Below, in pieces: positions 1 through 9,295 of a stretch of 64,000 nt of DNA; the first letter of the stretch is position 1, and the number at the start of each line of letters is the position of its first letter. The stretch is from an uncultured Actinomycetota bacterium (GTDB lineage Bacteria > Actinomycetota > Actinomycetes > Mycobacteriales > SCTD01). The stretch lies in the NCBI GenBank assembly GCA_963760125.1, contig CAVXBV010000007.1:129613-193612 (forward strand). The letters are read 5' to 3'. Both the position numbers and the translations under genes were made by a program. The notes beneath the pieces were generated by a model. The model was not told the DNA's origin and ran no database searches. It worked only from the letters and a program-made list of their open reading frames with translations.

Positions 1-1898
1 CCGGGGCCGAGCGTCCGGTGACCGAGGACGCCGTCCGGGCCGTGCTGACTGCCCTCGGGGTGGCCGCGGAGACCGAGGAGCAGGTGGCCTCGGCCCTGCT
101 CGAGGTCGAACGCCGTCCCTGGGCGCGGGTCGCCCCCGCTGTCGAGGTCGTCGTCGCGGACGCGCCGGCTGCCACCTCCTGCGTGACGTCGGCGGTGCCG
201 ACGCTGCGGCTGGTCCTGGAGGACGGACAGGCGCACGACCTCGAGCCCGGCCGTGAGCTCGACCGTCGGGGGGACCAGGTGCGGCGCGAGGTCCCGCTGC
301 CGCCGCTGCCACTGGGCTACCACCGGCTCGAGGTCGTCGACGGGCCCACGACCGCGTCCACCACCGTGATCGCCGTGCCGGCCAGGCTGCCCCGGATCGA
401 AGGTCGGGTCTGGGGCTGGCAGGCCCAGCTCTACGCGCTCCGCAGCGTCGGGTCGTGGGGGGTCGGGGACTACGCCGACCTCCGGGTGCTGGCCGAGGCG
501 GCCGCCGGGGACGGCGCGGGAGTGCTGCTCGTCAACCCGCTGCACGCGGAGACACCGGTGCTGCCGCTCCTCGACTCGCCGTACAGCCCGTCCTCGCGAC
601 TGTTCCGCTCCGCGCTGCACCTGCGGCTCGAGGACTGCCCCGAGTGGGACGACGCGCTGGCGGCGCTGCGACCGGAGACCGACCCCGAGCGGGTCGACCG
701 GCAGGCCTGCTGGGCCGCCAAGCTGGCGGCCTTGGAGCAGATGTGGCCGCGCCACCGGGCCGGAGTGCTGGCGGAGTTCCGGGCCGAACGGGGCGAACCC
801 CTCGAGCGGTTCGCGCAGTTCTGCGCCCTTGCCGAGGTGCACGGCCGCGACCACCGGCTCTGGCCCGAGCCGGTCGGGGTGCCGGACACGGCCCGGGTGG
901 CCTTCTGGTGCTGGGTGCAGCTGCTCGTGGACGAGCAGCTGCGCGGGATCGGCGAGGGCATGGCCGTCGGCGTGTTGCACGACCTGGCCGTCGGAGTCGA
1001 CGGGGGCGGCGCAGACGCCTGGGCGATGCAGGACGTCCTGGCCTCCGGAGCGACCATCGGCGCGCCGCCGGACGAGCTGGCCCAGAGGGGCCAGGACTGG
1101 GGGCTGCCGCCGTGGCACCCCGACCGCCTTCGCGACCAGGCCTACGTCCCGTATCGCGATCTGGTCCGCGGAGTGCTCCGGCACGCGGGCGGCATCCGGA
1201 TCGACCACGTGCTCGGGCTGTCCCGGCTGTGGTGGGTACCCGAGGGAAGGCCGTCCTCCGACGGCAGCTACGTCGGGTACGACGCCGAGGCGCTGCTCGG
1301 GATCCTGGCCCTGGAGGCCACCCGGGCCGGGGCGATCGTGGTGGGGGAGGACCTGGGCACGGTCGAGGCCACGATGCGCGCGCGGCTGGACCGCGTGGGC
1401 GTGCTGGGCAGCGACGTGCTGTGGTTCGCGAGGGCGGACGACGGCTCGTTCGTCCCTCCGGCGCAGTGGCGCGCGGAGGCGGCGGCGTCGGTGACGACGC
1501 ACGACCTCCCGACGGTCGCCGGCTGGGCCAGCGGCGCGTCCGTGCGGCTCCGGGCCGAGGTCGGCCAGCTGGCCCGTCCGGTCGAGGAGGAGGAGCAGGC
1601 TCAGGCGCGCGAGCGGGCGAGCCTGCTCACGATGCTCGCGGACGAGGGGCTGCTCGACGAGGACGTCTGCCTGTCCCTGCACCGTGCGCTCGTGGCGTCG
1701 CCTTGCCGCGTCGTGCTCGCGGCGTACGGCGACGCGGTCGGAGACCTCCGACAGCCCAACCTGCCGGGCACGGTGGACCAGTACCCCAACTGGCGCCTGC
1801 CCGTCGCGGACGGGGCCGGGACCGCACTGACGCTGGAGCAGGTCCTCGAGCACCCGGGCGTGGCGCGGCTCACGGCCCTGCTGCAGCACGTGCGATGA
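1..1898 (+). CDS. malQ: 4-alpha-glucanotransferase (amylomaltase), probably 5'-truncated by the window edge
   Basis: ORF 18..1898 stays open in frame back to base 3. GH77-type motifs are present: GWQAQLYALRS..WGVGDYADL, LVNPLH, IRIDHVLGL, VGEDLGTV. Confidence 0.85.
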   Translation, partial: GAERPVTEDAVRAVLTALGVAAETEEQVASALLEVERRPWARVAPAVEVVVADAPAATSCVTSAVPTLRLVLEDGQAHDLEPGRELDRRGDQVRREVPLPPLPLGYHRLEVVDGPTTASTTVIAVPARLPRIEGRVWGWQAQLYALRSVGSWGVGDYADLRVLAEAAAGDGAGVLLVNPLHAETPVLPLLDSPYSPSSRLFRSALHLRLEDCPEWDDALAALRPETDPERVDRQACWAAKLAALEQMWPRHRAGVLAEFRAERGEPLERFAQFCALAEVHGRDHRLWPEPVGVPDTARVAFWCWVQLLVDEQLRGIGEGMAVGVLHDLAVGVDGGGADAWAMQDVLASGATIGAPPDELAQRGQDWGLPPWHPDRLRDQAYVPYRDLVRGVLRHAGGIRIDHVLGLSRLWWVPEGRPSSDGSYVGYDAEALLGILALEATRAGAIVVGEDLGTVEATMRARLDRVGVLGSDVLWFARADDGSFVPPAQWRAEAAASVTTHDLPTVAGWASGASVRLRAEVGQLARPVEEEEQAQARERASLLTMLADEGLLDEDVCLSLHRALVASPCRVVLAAYGDAVGDLRQPNLPGTVDQYPNWRLPVADGAGTALTLEQVLEHPGVARLTALLQHVR

Positions 1899-1971
1899 GC
1901 CCGTTCGCTACCGTGTCGACGGGTCGTCACGAGGTGGCCCGGAACGCTGGACCGACAGGACGAGGGAGCAC

Positions 1972-2355
1972 GTGAGTCGCGCCGTGACCCGGGTCGCCAC
2001 CACCGGCATCGCCCTCGTGGCGACGTCGGGGGCCACCCTGCTGACCGCACTGCTGACCGCAGGACCGGCCCTGGCGGCCGACTACCCGATCGGGCCGTCC
2101 GAGGGCGAGGAGCGGGAGGCGAGCCTCGGCACGCTGACGACGCTCGGGCTGTACGTCGGTGTGCCGCTGCTGTTCGCGGGCCTGATCTTCGCCCTCACCT
2201 GGCTCCCCGGCGCCCTCAGCGCCAACCGCTACCGACCCGCCAAGGGCTGGGCTGCCGAGCCCGTGTGGTTCGCCGGGCCGCCCGAGCCGGTGGCTGCTGT
2301 CCAGAGCGCCGAGGTCGGCGACGTCGTGAGAGGTGGAGCACGTGGCAGTTGGTGA
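1972..2355 (+). CDS. small secreted/membrane protein (signal-like N-terminus, one central TM helix)
   Basis: 127-aa ORF with high GC3. N-terminal hydrophobic stretch ends in ALAAD, TM segment is LGLYVGVPLLFAGLIFALTWL, C-terminal motif is RYRPAKGW..EPVWF. It lies directly upstream of the DUF5130 gene. Confidence 0.5.
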   Translation: MSRAVTRVATTGIALVATSGATLLTALLTAGPALAADYPIGPSEGEEREASLGTLTTLGLYVGVPLLFAGLIFALTWLPGALSANRYRPAKGWAAEPVWFAGPPEPVAAVQSAEVGDVVRGGARGSW

Positions 2356-2818
2356 GCAGCAGACGCCCGCGCAGTTCGGCACCAAGGCACCGGACGGCCT
2401 GACGGTCAGCCAGCAGGAGCGCATCGAGCACGCCGTCTCGGTGTGCCGCCGGCAGAACGGCCTGGACGTCTCGGTGTTCGTCGGTGACCTCATCCTGGAC
2501 GGCACCGAGTTCCGCGCGGGCGCCGAGCGGCTGCACGCGGCCCTCGGCGCCGAGCGCAGCAACGCCGCCGTCCTGCTCGTCGTGGCGCCGGGGCAGCGGC
2601 AGGTGGAGGTCGTCACCGGCCCCGCTGCGCGTCGTCGTGTGCCGGACCGCGTCGCTGCGCTCGCCGTGCTGGCGATGACGACCGCGTTCGGCGGGGGTGA
2701 CCTCACCGGCGGCATCCTCGACGCGCTGCGCCAGATCGCCGACGCGGCCGGACGCCGCCCGGCCATCGAGGCGCCGCCGGAGTCCGCTCCCGGCAGCGAC
2801 CTCGCCACGCACCACTAG
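2333..2818 (+). CDS. DUF5130 / TPM-like domain protein
   Basis: 161-aa ORF with the pattern LSxxERxxIEHAV..GLDVSVFVG..AVLLVVAPGQRQVEVVTG, typical of the pepN-adjacent DUF5130 family. An alternative GTG start exists at 2342. The stop shares a CTAG with the pepN stop. Confidence 0.7.
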   Translation: MEHVAVGEQQTPAQFGTKAPDGLTVSQQERIEHAVSVCRRQNGLDVSVFVGDLILDGTEFRAGAERLHAALGAERSNAAVLLVVAPGQRQVEVVTGPAARRRVPDRVAALAVLAMTTAFGGGDLTGGILDALRQIADAAGRRPAIEAPPESAPGSDLATHH

Positions 2819-5358
2819 TCGGCGGCGGCGTCCCTCGCGCGAGCGCGCAGGGCACGGACCACACCGTCTCGTCCCTCGCGCAGCAGGCGCACGAGGGCCT
2901 GCGGCGCCGTGCCGGCCTCGAGGTAGGCGTCGGTGCGCTCCACCACGGCCGGTGACACGAGCAGGGTCGGGTACAGCCCGATGACGAGGTTCTGTGCCAT
3001 CTCGTTGGTGCGTTCGGCCCAGAGGCGGTCGAGCGACGCGAAGTAGGGCTCGACCCACGGCTCGAGCAGGGCGACCTGCTCGGCGTTCGCGAAGCCGCTG
3101 ATGACGGCCGCCTGGACGGCGTTGGGCAGGTCGTCCGTGTCGACGACGGACGCCCAGGCCTCGGCCTTCGCCTCGGCGGTCGGTCGAGCCGCACGGCAGG
3201 CGGCGGCGTGCCGCTGGCCGGCCGCGGTGGGGTCGTGGCCGACCTCGGCCTCGATCGCGCCGTCGCCGGCGCGGCCGACCGCGACCAGGCGGTGGAGCAG
3301 CAGCCAGCGCAGCTCAGCGTCGATCGCGAGGCCGGGGACCTGCGCCGATCCGTCGAGCAGACCCGCCAGCAGGTCCAGGGCTTCGTCGGTCGCGGCCAGC
3401 GAGCCCAGGCTGCGGGCCCACGCGAGCTGCAGGTCGCTGCCCGGTTCGGCGGCGAGCAGCTGCTCGTGGGCGGCGGACGCCAGCGAGGCTCGCCCGGTCG
3501 GCGCCCAGCTGGGGTCGGCGAACAGCGTCACGGCGGACTGCGCCTGGCGCAGCAGCGACTGGACCACGCCGATGTCGGTCTCGCCGGCGATGCCGCGCAG
3601 CACCAGCGCGACGTAGTCGCGTGCCGCCATCTCCGCGTCGCGGGTCATGTCCCACGCGGCCGCCCAGCACAGGGCGCGGGGCAGGGAGTCAGCGAAGTCG
3701 CCCACGTGGTCGACGAGCGTGGCCAGCGACGTCTCGTCGAGACGGATCTTGGCGAACGTCAGGTCGTCGTCGTTCACGAGGACGAGGGCCGGCTGCGCGC
3801 GCCCGAGCAGGCCGGGGACGTCGGTCTTGGCGCCGAGGACGTCGAGCTCCTCGCGGTGGGTGCGGACGAGCGTGCCGTCCACCAGGTCGTACAGCCCGAC
3901 CGCCACGCGGTGGGACCGCAGGGTCGGCCACTCGGCCGGCGCCTCCTGCACGATCGAGAAGGCCGTGAACGTCCCGTCGGGGTCGGTCTCGAACGCGGCG
4001 CGCAGGGTGTTGCAGCCCGCCGTCTCGAGCCACTCCGAGGAGAAGTTCGACAGGTCGCGGCCGCTGGCCGCAGCCAGCTCGACGAGCAGGTCCGGCAGCT
4101 CGGTGTTGGCGTACTCGTGCTTGACGAAGTACGTCTTCAGGCCGTCGAGGAAGGCGTCCTGCCCGACCCACGCCACGAGCTGCTTGAGCACGGAGGCGCC
4201 CTTCGCGTACGTGATGCCGTCGAAGTTGACCTTCACGTCCTCCATGTCCTGGATGTCCGCGGCGATCGGGTGCGTGGTCGGGAGCTGGTCCTGGCGGTAG
4301 GCCCAGGTCTTCTCGGTGTTGGCGAACGTGGTCCACGCGTTGGTCCAGCGGGTCGCGTCGGCCTGGCAGAGCACCGACATGTACGTCGCAAAGCTCTCGT
4401 TCAGCCACAGGTCGTTCCACCAGCGCATGGTGACGAGGTCACCGAACCACATGTGCGCCATCTCGTGCAGGACGGTCTCGGCACGGCGCTCGTACGCCGC
4501 ATCGGTGACCTTCGACCGGAAGACGTAGTCCTCCAGGAAGGTGACCGCTCCCGCGTTCTCCATGGCGCCGGCGTTGAACTCCGGCACGAACAGCTGGTCG
4601 TACTTGCCGAAGGGGTAGCGGTAGTCGAACACCCGGTGGAAGTAGTCGAAGCCCTGCTTGGTGATGTGGAACAGCTCCTCGGCGTCGAGGTGCTGCGCCA
4701 GCGAGCCGCGGCAGTACAGACCGAGGTCGATCCCGTCGTGGGAGTCGTGGACGTGGTGGTACGGACCCGCGATCAGCGCCGTGATGTAGGTCGACATGCG
4801 GGGCGTGTCCGTGAAGGACCACGTGCCGGGCTCTCCCTCGGCGGGCTGCTCGGTCACCGCAGCGTTCGTGATGACGACCCAGTCGCGCGGTGCCCGCACG
4901 GTGAGGCGGAAGACGGCCTTGAGGTCGGGCTGGTCGAAGCAGGCGTACATCCGGTGCGCGTCGAACGTCTCGAACTGCGAGTAGAGGTAGACCCCGCCGT
5001 CGACCGGGTCGACGAAACGGTGCAGGCCCTCGCCCGTGCGCATGTAGGCGCAGTCGGCCTCGACGACGAGCTCGTTCTCCGCGGCCAGGCCGGGCAGCTG
5101 CAGGCGGTTGCCGTCGAAGTCCGTGACCGGCGTGCCGTTCAGCGTGGCCGACAGCAGCGTCGGGGCGGTGAGGTCGATGTACGTCGACGCTCCGGGCTCG
5201 GTCGCGGTGAAGCGCACGACGGTGCGCGAGCGGAACGTCGTCTCTCCGGGCTTCTCGCCTGCCCCGTCGGTCAGGTCGAGGGTGACGTCGTACGACTCCA
5301 CCGCGAGCAGGGCGGCCCGGGTGCGGGCCTCGTCGCGGTGCAGGTTGTTCTCGCTCAC
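2815..5358 (-). CDS. pepN: aminopeptidase N (M1 family)
   Basis: GAMENAG exopeptidase motif and HEMAHMWFGD..WLNESFA zinc site. Start set at GTG 5358 (VSENNLHRDEA), preceded by an AAGGA Shine-Dalgarno; the ORF-track start at 5391 is 11 codons longer. Confidence 0.95.
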   Translation of the reverse strand: MSENNLHRDEARTRAALLAVESYDVTLDLTDGAGEKPGETTFRSRTVVRFTATEPGASTYIDLTAPTLLSATLNGTPVTDFDGNRLQLPGLAAENELVVEADCAYMRTGEGLHRFVDPVDGGVYLYSQFETFDAHRMYACFDQPDLKAVFRLTVRAPRDWVVITNAAVTEQPAEGEPGTWSFTDTPRMSTYITALIAGPYHHVHDSHDGIDLGLYCRGSLAQHLDAEELFHITKQGFDYFHRVFDYRYPFGKYDQLFVPEFNAGAMENAGAVTFLEDYVFRSKVTDAAYERRAETVLHEMAHMWFGDLVTMRWWNDLWLNESFATYMSVLCQADATRWTNAWTTFANTEKTWAYRQDQLPTTHPIAADIQDMEDVKVNFDGITYAKGASVLKQLVAWVGQDAFLDGLKTYFVKHEYANTELPDLLVELAAASGRDLSNFSSEWLETAGCNTLRAAFETDPDGTFTAFSIVQEAPAEWPTLRSHRVAVGLYDLVDGTLVRTHREELDVLGAKTDVPGLLGRAQPALVLVNDDDLTFAKIRLDETSLATLVDHVGDFADSLPRALCWAAAWDMTRDAEMAARDYVALVLRGIAGETDIGVVQSLLRQAQSAVTLFADPSWAPTGRASLASAAHEQLLAAEPGSDLQLAWARSLGSLAATDEALDLLAGLLDGSAQVPGLAIDAELRWLLLHRLVAVGRAGDGAIEAEVGHDPTAAGQRHAAACRAARPTAEAKAEAWASVVDTDDLPNAVQAAVISGFANAEQVALLEPWVEPYFASLDRLWAERTNEMAQNLVIGLYPTLLVSPAVVERTDAYLEAGTAPQALVRLLREGRDGVVRALRARARDAAAD

Positions 5359-5454
5359 GGCTGTCCTTCGGTCGTCGGTTCCGACCGGCATCCTCCCACG
5401 TCACGACGCCGGCCGAACGGAGGATCAGCAACCTGGACCACGGGTGTGACCCGC

Positions 5455-6099
5455 TCAGACGACGATGCGGGACAGTCGACCGCCGAGCACCTCCTCGCCC
5501 AGGACCTCTGCCTCGCCGCGGTGCCACCGCGCTGCCGTCCAGGCGCAGGCCAGGGCGTCGAGGCAGTCGTCCACGCGAGCGCCCGCCGGTCGGGGGACCG
5601 GGAGGTCGAAGGCCACCCACTGCCGCAGCAGCGCTGTGCGCTGCTCCCTGCCGGCGGGGGTCTTCTTGCCTGCCGTCACCGGTCCCATGGCCCGGAAGCT
5701 GAGCTCGGGATGGACCTCCAGCAGGCCGGGCACGTCCAGCGCCTCCCGGATCTTGGGCACGATGTTCCAGGTCTGGACCGAGACCCCCACGGAGCCCGCC
5801 GCCCGCGACCGGGCGGACGCGTCAGCGTGGTCGCCGGCGGACAGCACCGCGTGGGGAGGGGCGAAGAACACTGAGGACCGCTGCGGCCCGAGCCGCGCGC
5901 GAGCCTCGACCTCGCACGTCCTCCGCCGACCGTCCAGGGGCAGCGCCAGCGGGATGTCCACGGCTGTGACGCAGGCGTCGAGCGCCGCCAGCAAGGGCAG
6001 CGTCCCGCCGTACCAGCGGACGGTGGAGGCCTCGACGAGGGCCCCGACCCAGCCCCGGGGCGCACCGTCGATCCCGAGGACGGCATCATCTGCGCTCAT
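5455..6099 (-). CDS. DUF429 domain protein (RNase H-like fold, unknown function)
   Basis: The N-terminus VLGIDGAPRGWVGALV is typical of DUF429. The only start upstream of that motif is ATG 6099. A GAGGTGG Shine-Dalgarno lies 6 nt upstream, inside the first codons of rpiB. Confidence 0.7.
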   Translation of the reverse strand: MSADDAVLGIDGAPRGWVGALVEASTVRWYGGTLPLLAALDACVTAVDIPLALPLDGRRRTCEVEARARLGPQRSSVFFAPPHAVLSAGDHADASARSRAAGSVGVSVQTWNIVPKIREALDVPGLLEVHPELSFRAMGPVTAGKKTPAGREQRTALLRQWVAFDLPVPRPAGARVDDCLDALACAWTAARWHRGEAEVLGEEVLGGRLSRIVV

Positions 6100-6547
6100 G
6101 CGCGTCCACCTCGGTTCCGACCATGCCGGCTACGAGCTCAAGGAGGCAGTGAAGTCCCACCTGCTGGCCCTGGGTCACGAGCCGGTCGACCACGGGCCGG
6201 AAGAGTACGTCGCGACCGACGACTACCCGCCGTTCTGCTTCGCCGCCGCGGAGGCCGTCGTCGGTGACCCCGGCAGCCTCGGGGTCGTGATCGGAGGCTC
6301 GGGCAACGGCGAGCAGATGGCGGCCAACAAGGTCCGGGGCGCCCGGTGCGCGCTCGCCCACAGCGTCGAGACGGCCGAGCTCGCGCGCCAGCACAACGAC
6401 GCCAACCTGGTCAGCGTCGGGGCGCGGATGCACACCGAGGGCGAGGCGCTCCGTCTCGTCGAGGCGTTCGTCACGACGCCGTTCAGCGACGATCCCCGCC
6501 ACGTCCGGCGGATCGCGATGCTGACCGACTACGAGACACGTGCCTGA
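6098..6547 (+). CDS. rpiB: ribose-5-phosphate isomerase B
   Basis: MRVHLGSDHAGYELK...GGSGNGEQMAANKVRGARCAL is the classical RpiB/LacAB signature. The upstream part of ORF 5465..6547 was trimmed. Confidence 0.9.
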   Translation: MRVHLGSDHAGYELKEAVKSHLLALGHEPVDHGPEEYVATDDYPPFCFAAAEAVVGDPGSLGVVIGGSGNGEQMAANKVRGARCALAHSVETAELARQHNDANLVSVGARMHTEGEALRLVEAFVTTPFSDDPRHVRRIAMLTDYETRA

Positions 6548-7334
6548 GGGTCACACGATCCACCGGCTGGCCCGTGACCAGGGTCGGCTGCTCACGGGTC
6601 ATCGCGTGTCGATGGCCAGCCCGCAGGGGCGCTTCAGCGAGGGTGCCGCGCTGCTCAGCGGGCGCACCTGCACCGGGCTGACTCCGTACGGCAAGCACCT
6701 CTGGTACGACCTCGACGGCGGGCTGTCCCTGCACGTGCACCTCGGGCTCTACGGGACGTGGACGACCGGGACCGGGCCGCCTCCCGAGCCCCGCGGCCAG
6801 CTGCGGCTGCGGATGGTCGCCGGCGACCACTGGTGGGACCTGCGCGGGCCGACCGCCTGCGAGGTGCACACCCCCGCCGACCGTCAGCGGGTCCTCGCCC
6901 GACTCGGGCCCGACCCGCTGAGCACGCAGGACCGCGGAGCAGACGCCTTCGCACGCGTCTCCCGCAGCCGCGCAGCCCTCGGCCAGCTGCTCATGGACCA
7001 GACGGTCCTGGCCGGCGTGGGGAACGTCTACCGCGCCGAGGTGCTCTACCGGGCGGGCCTGTCCCCGTTCACGGCCGGTCGCGACGTGCCCCGGGCGGTG
7101 TGGGACGGCCTCTGGCAGGACACGCGCGTCCTCATGCGGGCAGGGGTGCGAGCCGGCCGCATCGTCACGACGGCACCCCGAGACCGTGCGCGCCGGTCCG
7201 GCGTGGTGAGCCGGGACGACGCGCACTACGTCTACCGGCGGGCGGGTCTGCCGTGCCGCCGCTGCGGGGCCGAGGTGCGGACCCAGGTGATGGCCGGCCG
7301 GAACCTGTTCTGGTGCCCGCACGAGCAGTCCTGA
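6540..7334 (+). CDS. nei: Fpg/Nei family DNA glycosylase (endonuclease VIII-like)
   Basis: N-terminal MPEGHT (catalytic Pro2/Glu3) and a C-terminal zinc finger CRRCG...WCPHEQ. It overlaps the rpiB stop by 8 nt. Confidence 0.9.
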   Translation: MPEGHTIHRLARDQGRLLTGHRVSMASPQGRFSEGAALLSGRTCTGLTPYGKHLWYDLDGGLSLHVHLGLYGTWTTGTGPPPEPRGQLRLRMVAGDHWWDLRGPTACEVHTPADRQRVLARLGPDPLSTQDRGADAFARVSRSRAALGQLLMDQTVLAGVGNVYRAEVLYRAGLSPFTAGRDVPRAVWDGLWQDTRVLMRAGVRAGRIVTTAPRDRARRSGVVSRDDAHYVYRRAGLPCRRCGAEVRTQVMAGRNLFWCPHEQS

Positions 7335-7360
7335 GCCGCCCCGCCGGTACTCTCGGGGCG

Positions 7361-8446
7361 GTGGGCGAGTCGAGGGTCGAGGGCGTGCGCGGGACCTCGC
7401 GCGTCCTGGAGCGGCTCCGTCGCGACCCCCTTCCCCCGCGTGCCACGCTCGTGGCGCTGCTCGCCATGGCCATCGCGCTCTACCTGATCTCCCGCGGGAT
7501 CGGCCCTCGCTGGGCCCCCCCAGGGCTGCAGGCCCTCCCGCTGCTGCTGGGCGGGCTGCTCTTGGAGCGCGCCCCGTTCCGCCGGCTGGCCGTGCTCTCG
7601 TTCGGCATCCTGGTGATCCAGCTCGTGACGCAGTCCGGGGCGCCGCCCGGCTCGGTCGTCGTCGTGCTGTTCACCGCCGCCGTCTCCTACGAGTTCGCGC
7701 GCTCCCGCGAGGAGACCGGGCTCGGCGGGCTGCGTAGCGACTCGGTCCTGCTGGAGCTGCAGGACCGCCTCACCCAGCAGGGTCGACTGCCCGGCCTCCC
7801 CGTCGGCTGGGAGGGCGACGCCCTCGTGCTCCCCGCCGGGGGCGCGCCGTTCGCCGGTGACTTCGTGGTCTCGGCGCTGCTGCCCGACCGCCTGGAGGTC
7901 GCCCTCGTCGACGTGAGCGGCAAGGGCGTGGAGGCGGGGACCCGCGCGCTGCTGCTCTCCGGCGCGCTCGGCGGGCTGCTCGGCGCGCACCAGGACCGCG
8001 AGTTCCTCAGCGAGGGCAACGACTACCTGCTGCGTCAGGACTGGGAAGAGGGGTTCGCCACGGCGGTCCACTGCACCCTGCACCTGCACGACGGTCGCTT
8101 CTCCGTGGCGTCCGCCGGGCACCCACCGGTGGCGCACTTCGACGCCGGCAGCGGCCGGTGGTCGCTTCTCGACGCAGGTGGCCCGGCGCTCGGGCTCCTG
8201 CCCGGTGCCGCCTACGAGCCCTGCACCGGGATCCTGCGACCGGGCGACGCCCTGCTGCTCTACACCGACGGGCTGGTCGAGGTGGCGGGGCGCGACCTGT
8301 CCCTCGGCATCGACAAGCTGCTCGGTGAGGCCGAGCGCCTGGTCACGCGCGGGTTCGTCGGCGGGACGCGCTACCTCGCCGAGCGGGTGGCAGCGAGCGG
8401 CTCGGACGACCGCGGCCTGGTGCTGCTCTGGCGCTCAGCGCACTGA
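7361..8446 (+). CDS. membrane-anchored PP2C/SpoIIE-family protein phosphatase
   Basis: N-terminal TM helices followed by the PP2C motifs ALVDVSGKGVEAG and LLLYTDGLVE. Start placed at GTG 7361, after the nei stop; the track ORF beginning at 6758 is an over-extension. Confidence 0.8.
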   Translation: MGESRVEGVRGTSRVLERLRRDPLPPRATLVALLAMAIALYLISRGIGPRWAPPGLQALPLLLGGLLLERAPFRRLAVLSFGILVIQLVTQSGAPPGSVVVVLFTAAVSYEFARSREETGLGGLRSDSVLLELQDRLTQQGRLPGLPVGWEGDALVLPAGGAPFAGDFVVSALLPDRLEVALVDVSGKGVEAGTRALLLSGALGGLLGAHQDREFLSEGNDYLLRQDWEEGFATAVHCTLHLHDGRFSVASAGHPPVAHFDAGSGRWSLLDAGGPALGLLPGAAYEPCTGILRPGDALLLYTDGLVEVAGRDLSLGIDKLLGEAERLVTRGFVGGTRYLAERVAASGSDDRGLVLLWRSAH

Positions 8447-9184
8447 GGAGCTGACCGGCCGGCGCTCGACCGGCAGCGGCGTCGCGTGCTCCCGCCCGGC
8501 CCGCACGAACGCGACGAACTCCCCGCGGTCGACCAGCACCTGCCCCATCGCGTGCAGGTGAGCTGACTCCTGCTGCGTGTCGAGCACCTCCACGCCGGCC
8601 TCCACCAGGCGCGCGCCCAGGTCGACCACCGCCACCTTGGACGCTCCGCTCTCGGTGAAGAACATCGACTCCCCGGAGAACACGCGCCCGCTGCGGACGC
8701 CGTACAGCCCGCCCACCAGCCGGCCCCCGTCCCACACCTCCAGGGAGTGGGCATGGCCCGCGCGGTGCAGCGCGGCGTACCCCTCCTGCATCTGCGCGGT
8801 GATCCACGTCCCCTCGCCCCGGTCTGCGCACCGCGCCACGACCTCCGGGAAGCACGTGTCCATCGTCGTCTCCCAGCCGGTCCGCCGGAGCAGCTGGCGC
8901 ACCGTCCGGGGGACGGACAGCTGCGCGGTGAGGACGACGGCGCGCGGCTGCGGAGAGACCCAGGGGACGAGGGTGCCCGGCGGGGTCCCGGGCAGGACGG
9001 GCACGGCGCCGCGGCGGGCCAGTCGACGCGCAGCTCGTTCGTGCGCCACGGCCTGGTCGGGGGAGGGGGGCCAGGGGAAGACCCCGTTGCGGTACGCCGA
9101 GCGCAGCGTCACGGCGTCCAGCGCACCGCCGAGCGCCACCAGCTCGCGCGGAGCGGCGGCGACGTCCAGGTCGTCGAAGAGCAC
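8435..9184 (-). CDS. aat: leucyl/phenylalanyl-tRNA--protein transferase
   Basis: YRNGVFPWP..., GGLYGVRSGRVFSGESMFF and GARLVEAGVEVLD match the L/F-transferase family. It overlaps the phosphatase gene convergently by 12 nt. Confidence 0.85.
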   Translation of the reverse strand: MLFDDLDVAAAPRELVALGGALDAVTLRSAYRNGVFPWPPSPDQAVAHERAARRLARRGAVPVLPGTPPGTLVPWVSPQPRAVVLTAQLSVPRTVRQLLRRTGWETTMDTCFPEVVARCADRGEGTWITAQMQEGYAALHRAGHAHSLEVWDGGRLVGGLYGVRSGRVFSGESMFFTESGASKVAVVDLGARLVEAGVEVLDTQQESAHLHAMGQVLVDRGEFVAFVRAGREHATPLPVERRPVSSSVR

Positions 9185-9207
9185 GACCCAGTGTGGGGCT
9201 TGCCAGG

Positions 9208-9281
9208 TGGAGCGGGCGACGGGAATCGAACCCGCGTAGTCAGTTTGGAAGACTGGGGCTCTACCATTGAGCTACGCCCGC
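9208..9281 (-). tRNA. tRNA-Gly (anticodon UCC), CCA encoded
   Basis: The reverse complement GCGGGCGTAGCTCAATGGTAGAGCCCCAGTCTTCCAAACTGACTACGCGGGTTCGATTCCCGTCGCCCGCTCCA folds as a cloverleaf. Anticodon loop is CTTCCAA and the T-loop is TTCGATT. Confidence 0.9.
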
Positions 9282-9295
9282 GAGACGGTGACAGC

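Noticed and set aside
3208-5874. 888-aa plus-strand ORF antisense to pepN
   Set aside because: It is a shadow ORF typical of very high-GC DNA. It has a low-complexity Arg/Gly/Val-rich translation and no recognisable motifs, and the opposite strand carries an unambiguous M1 aminopeptidase.
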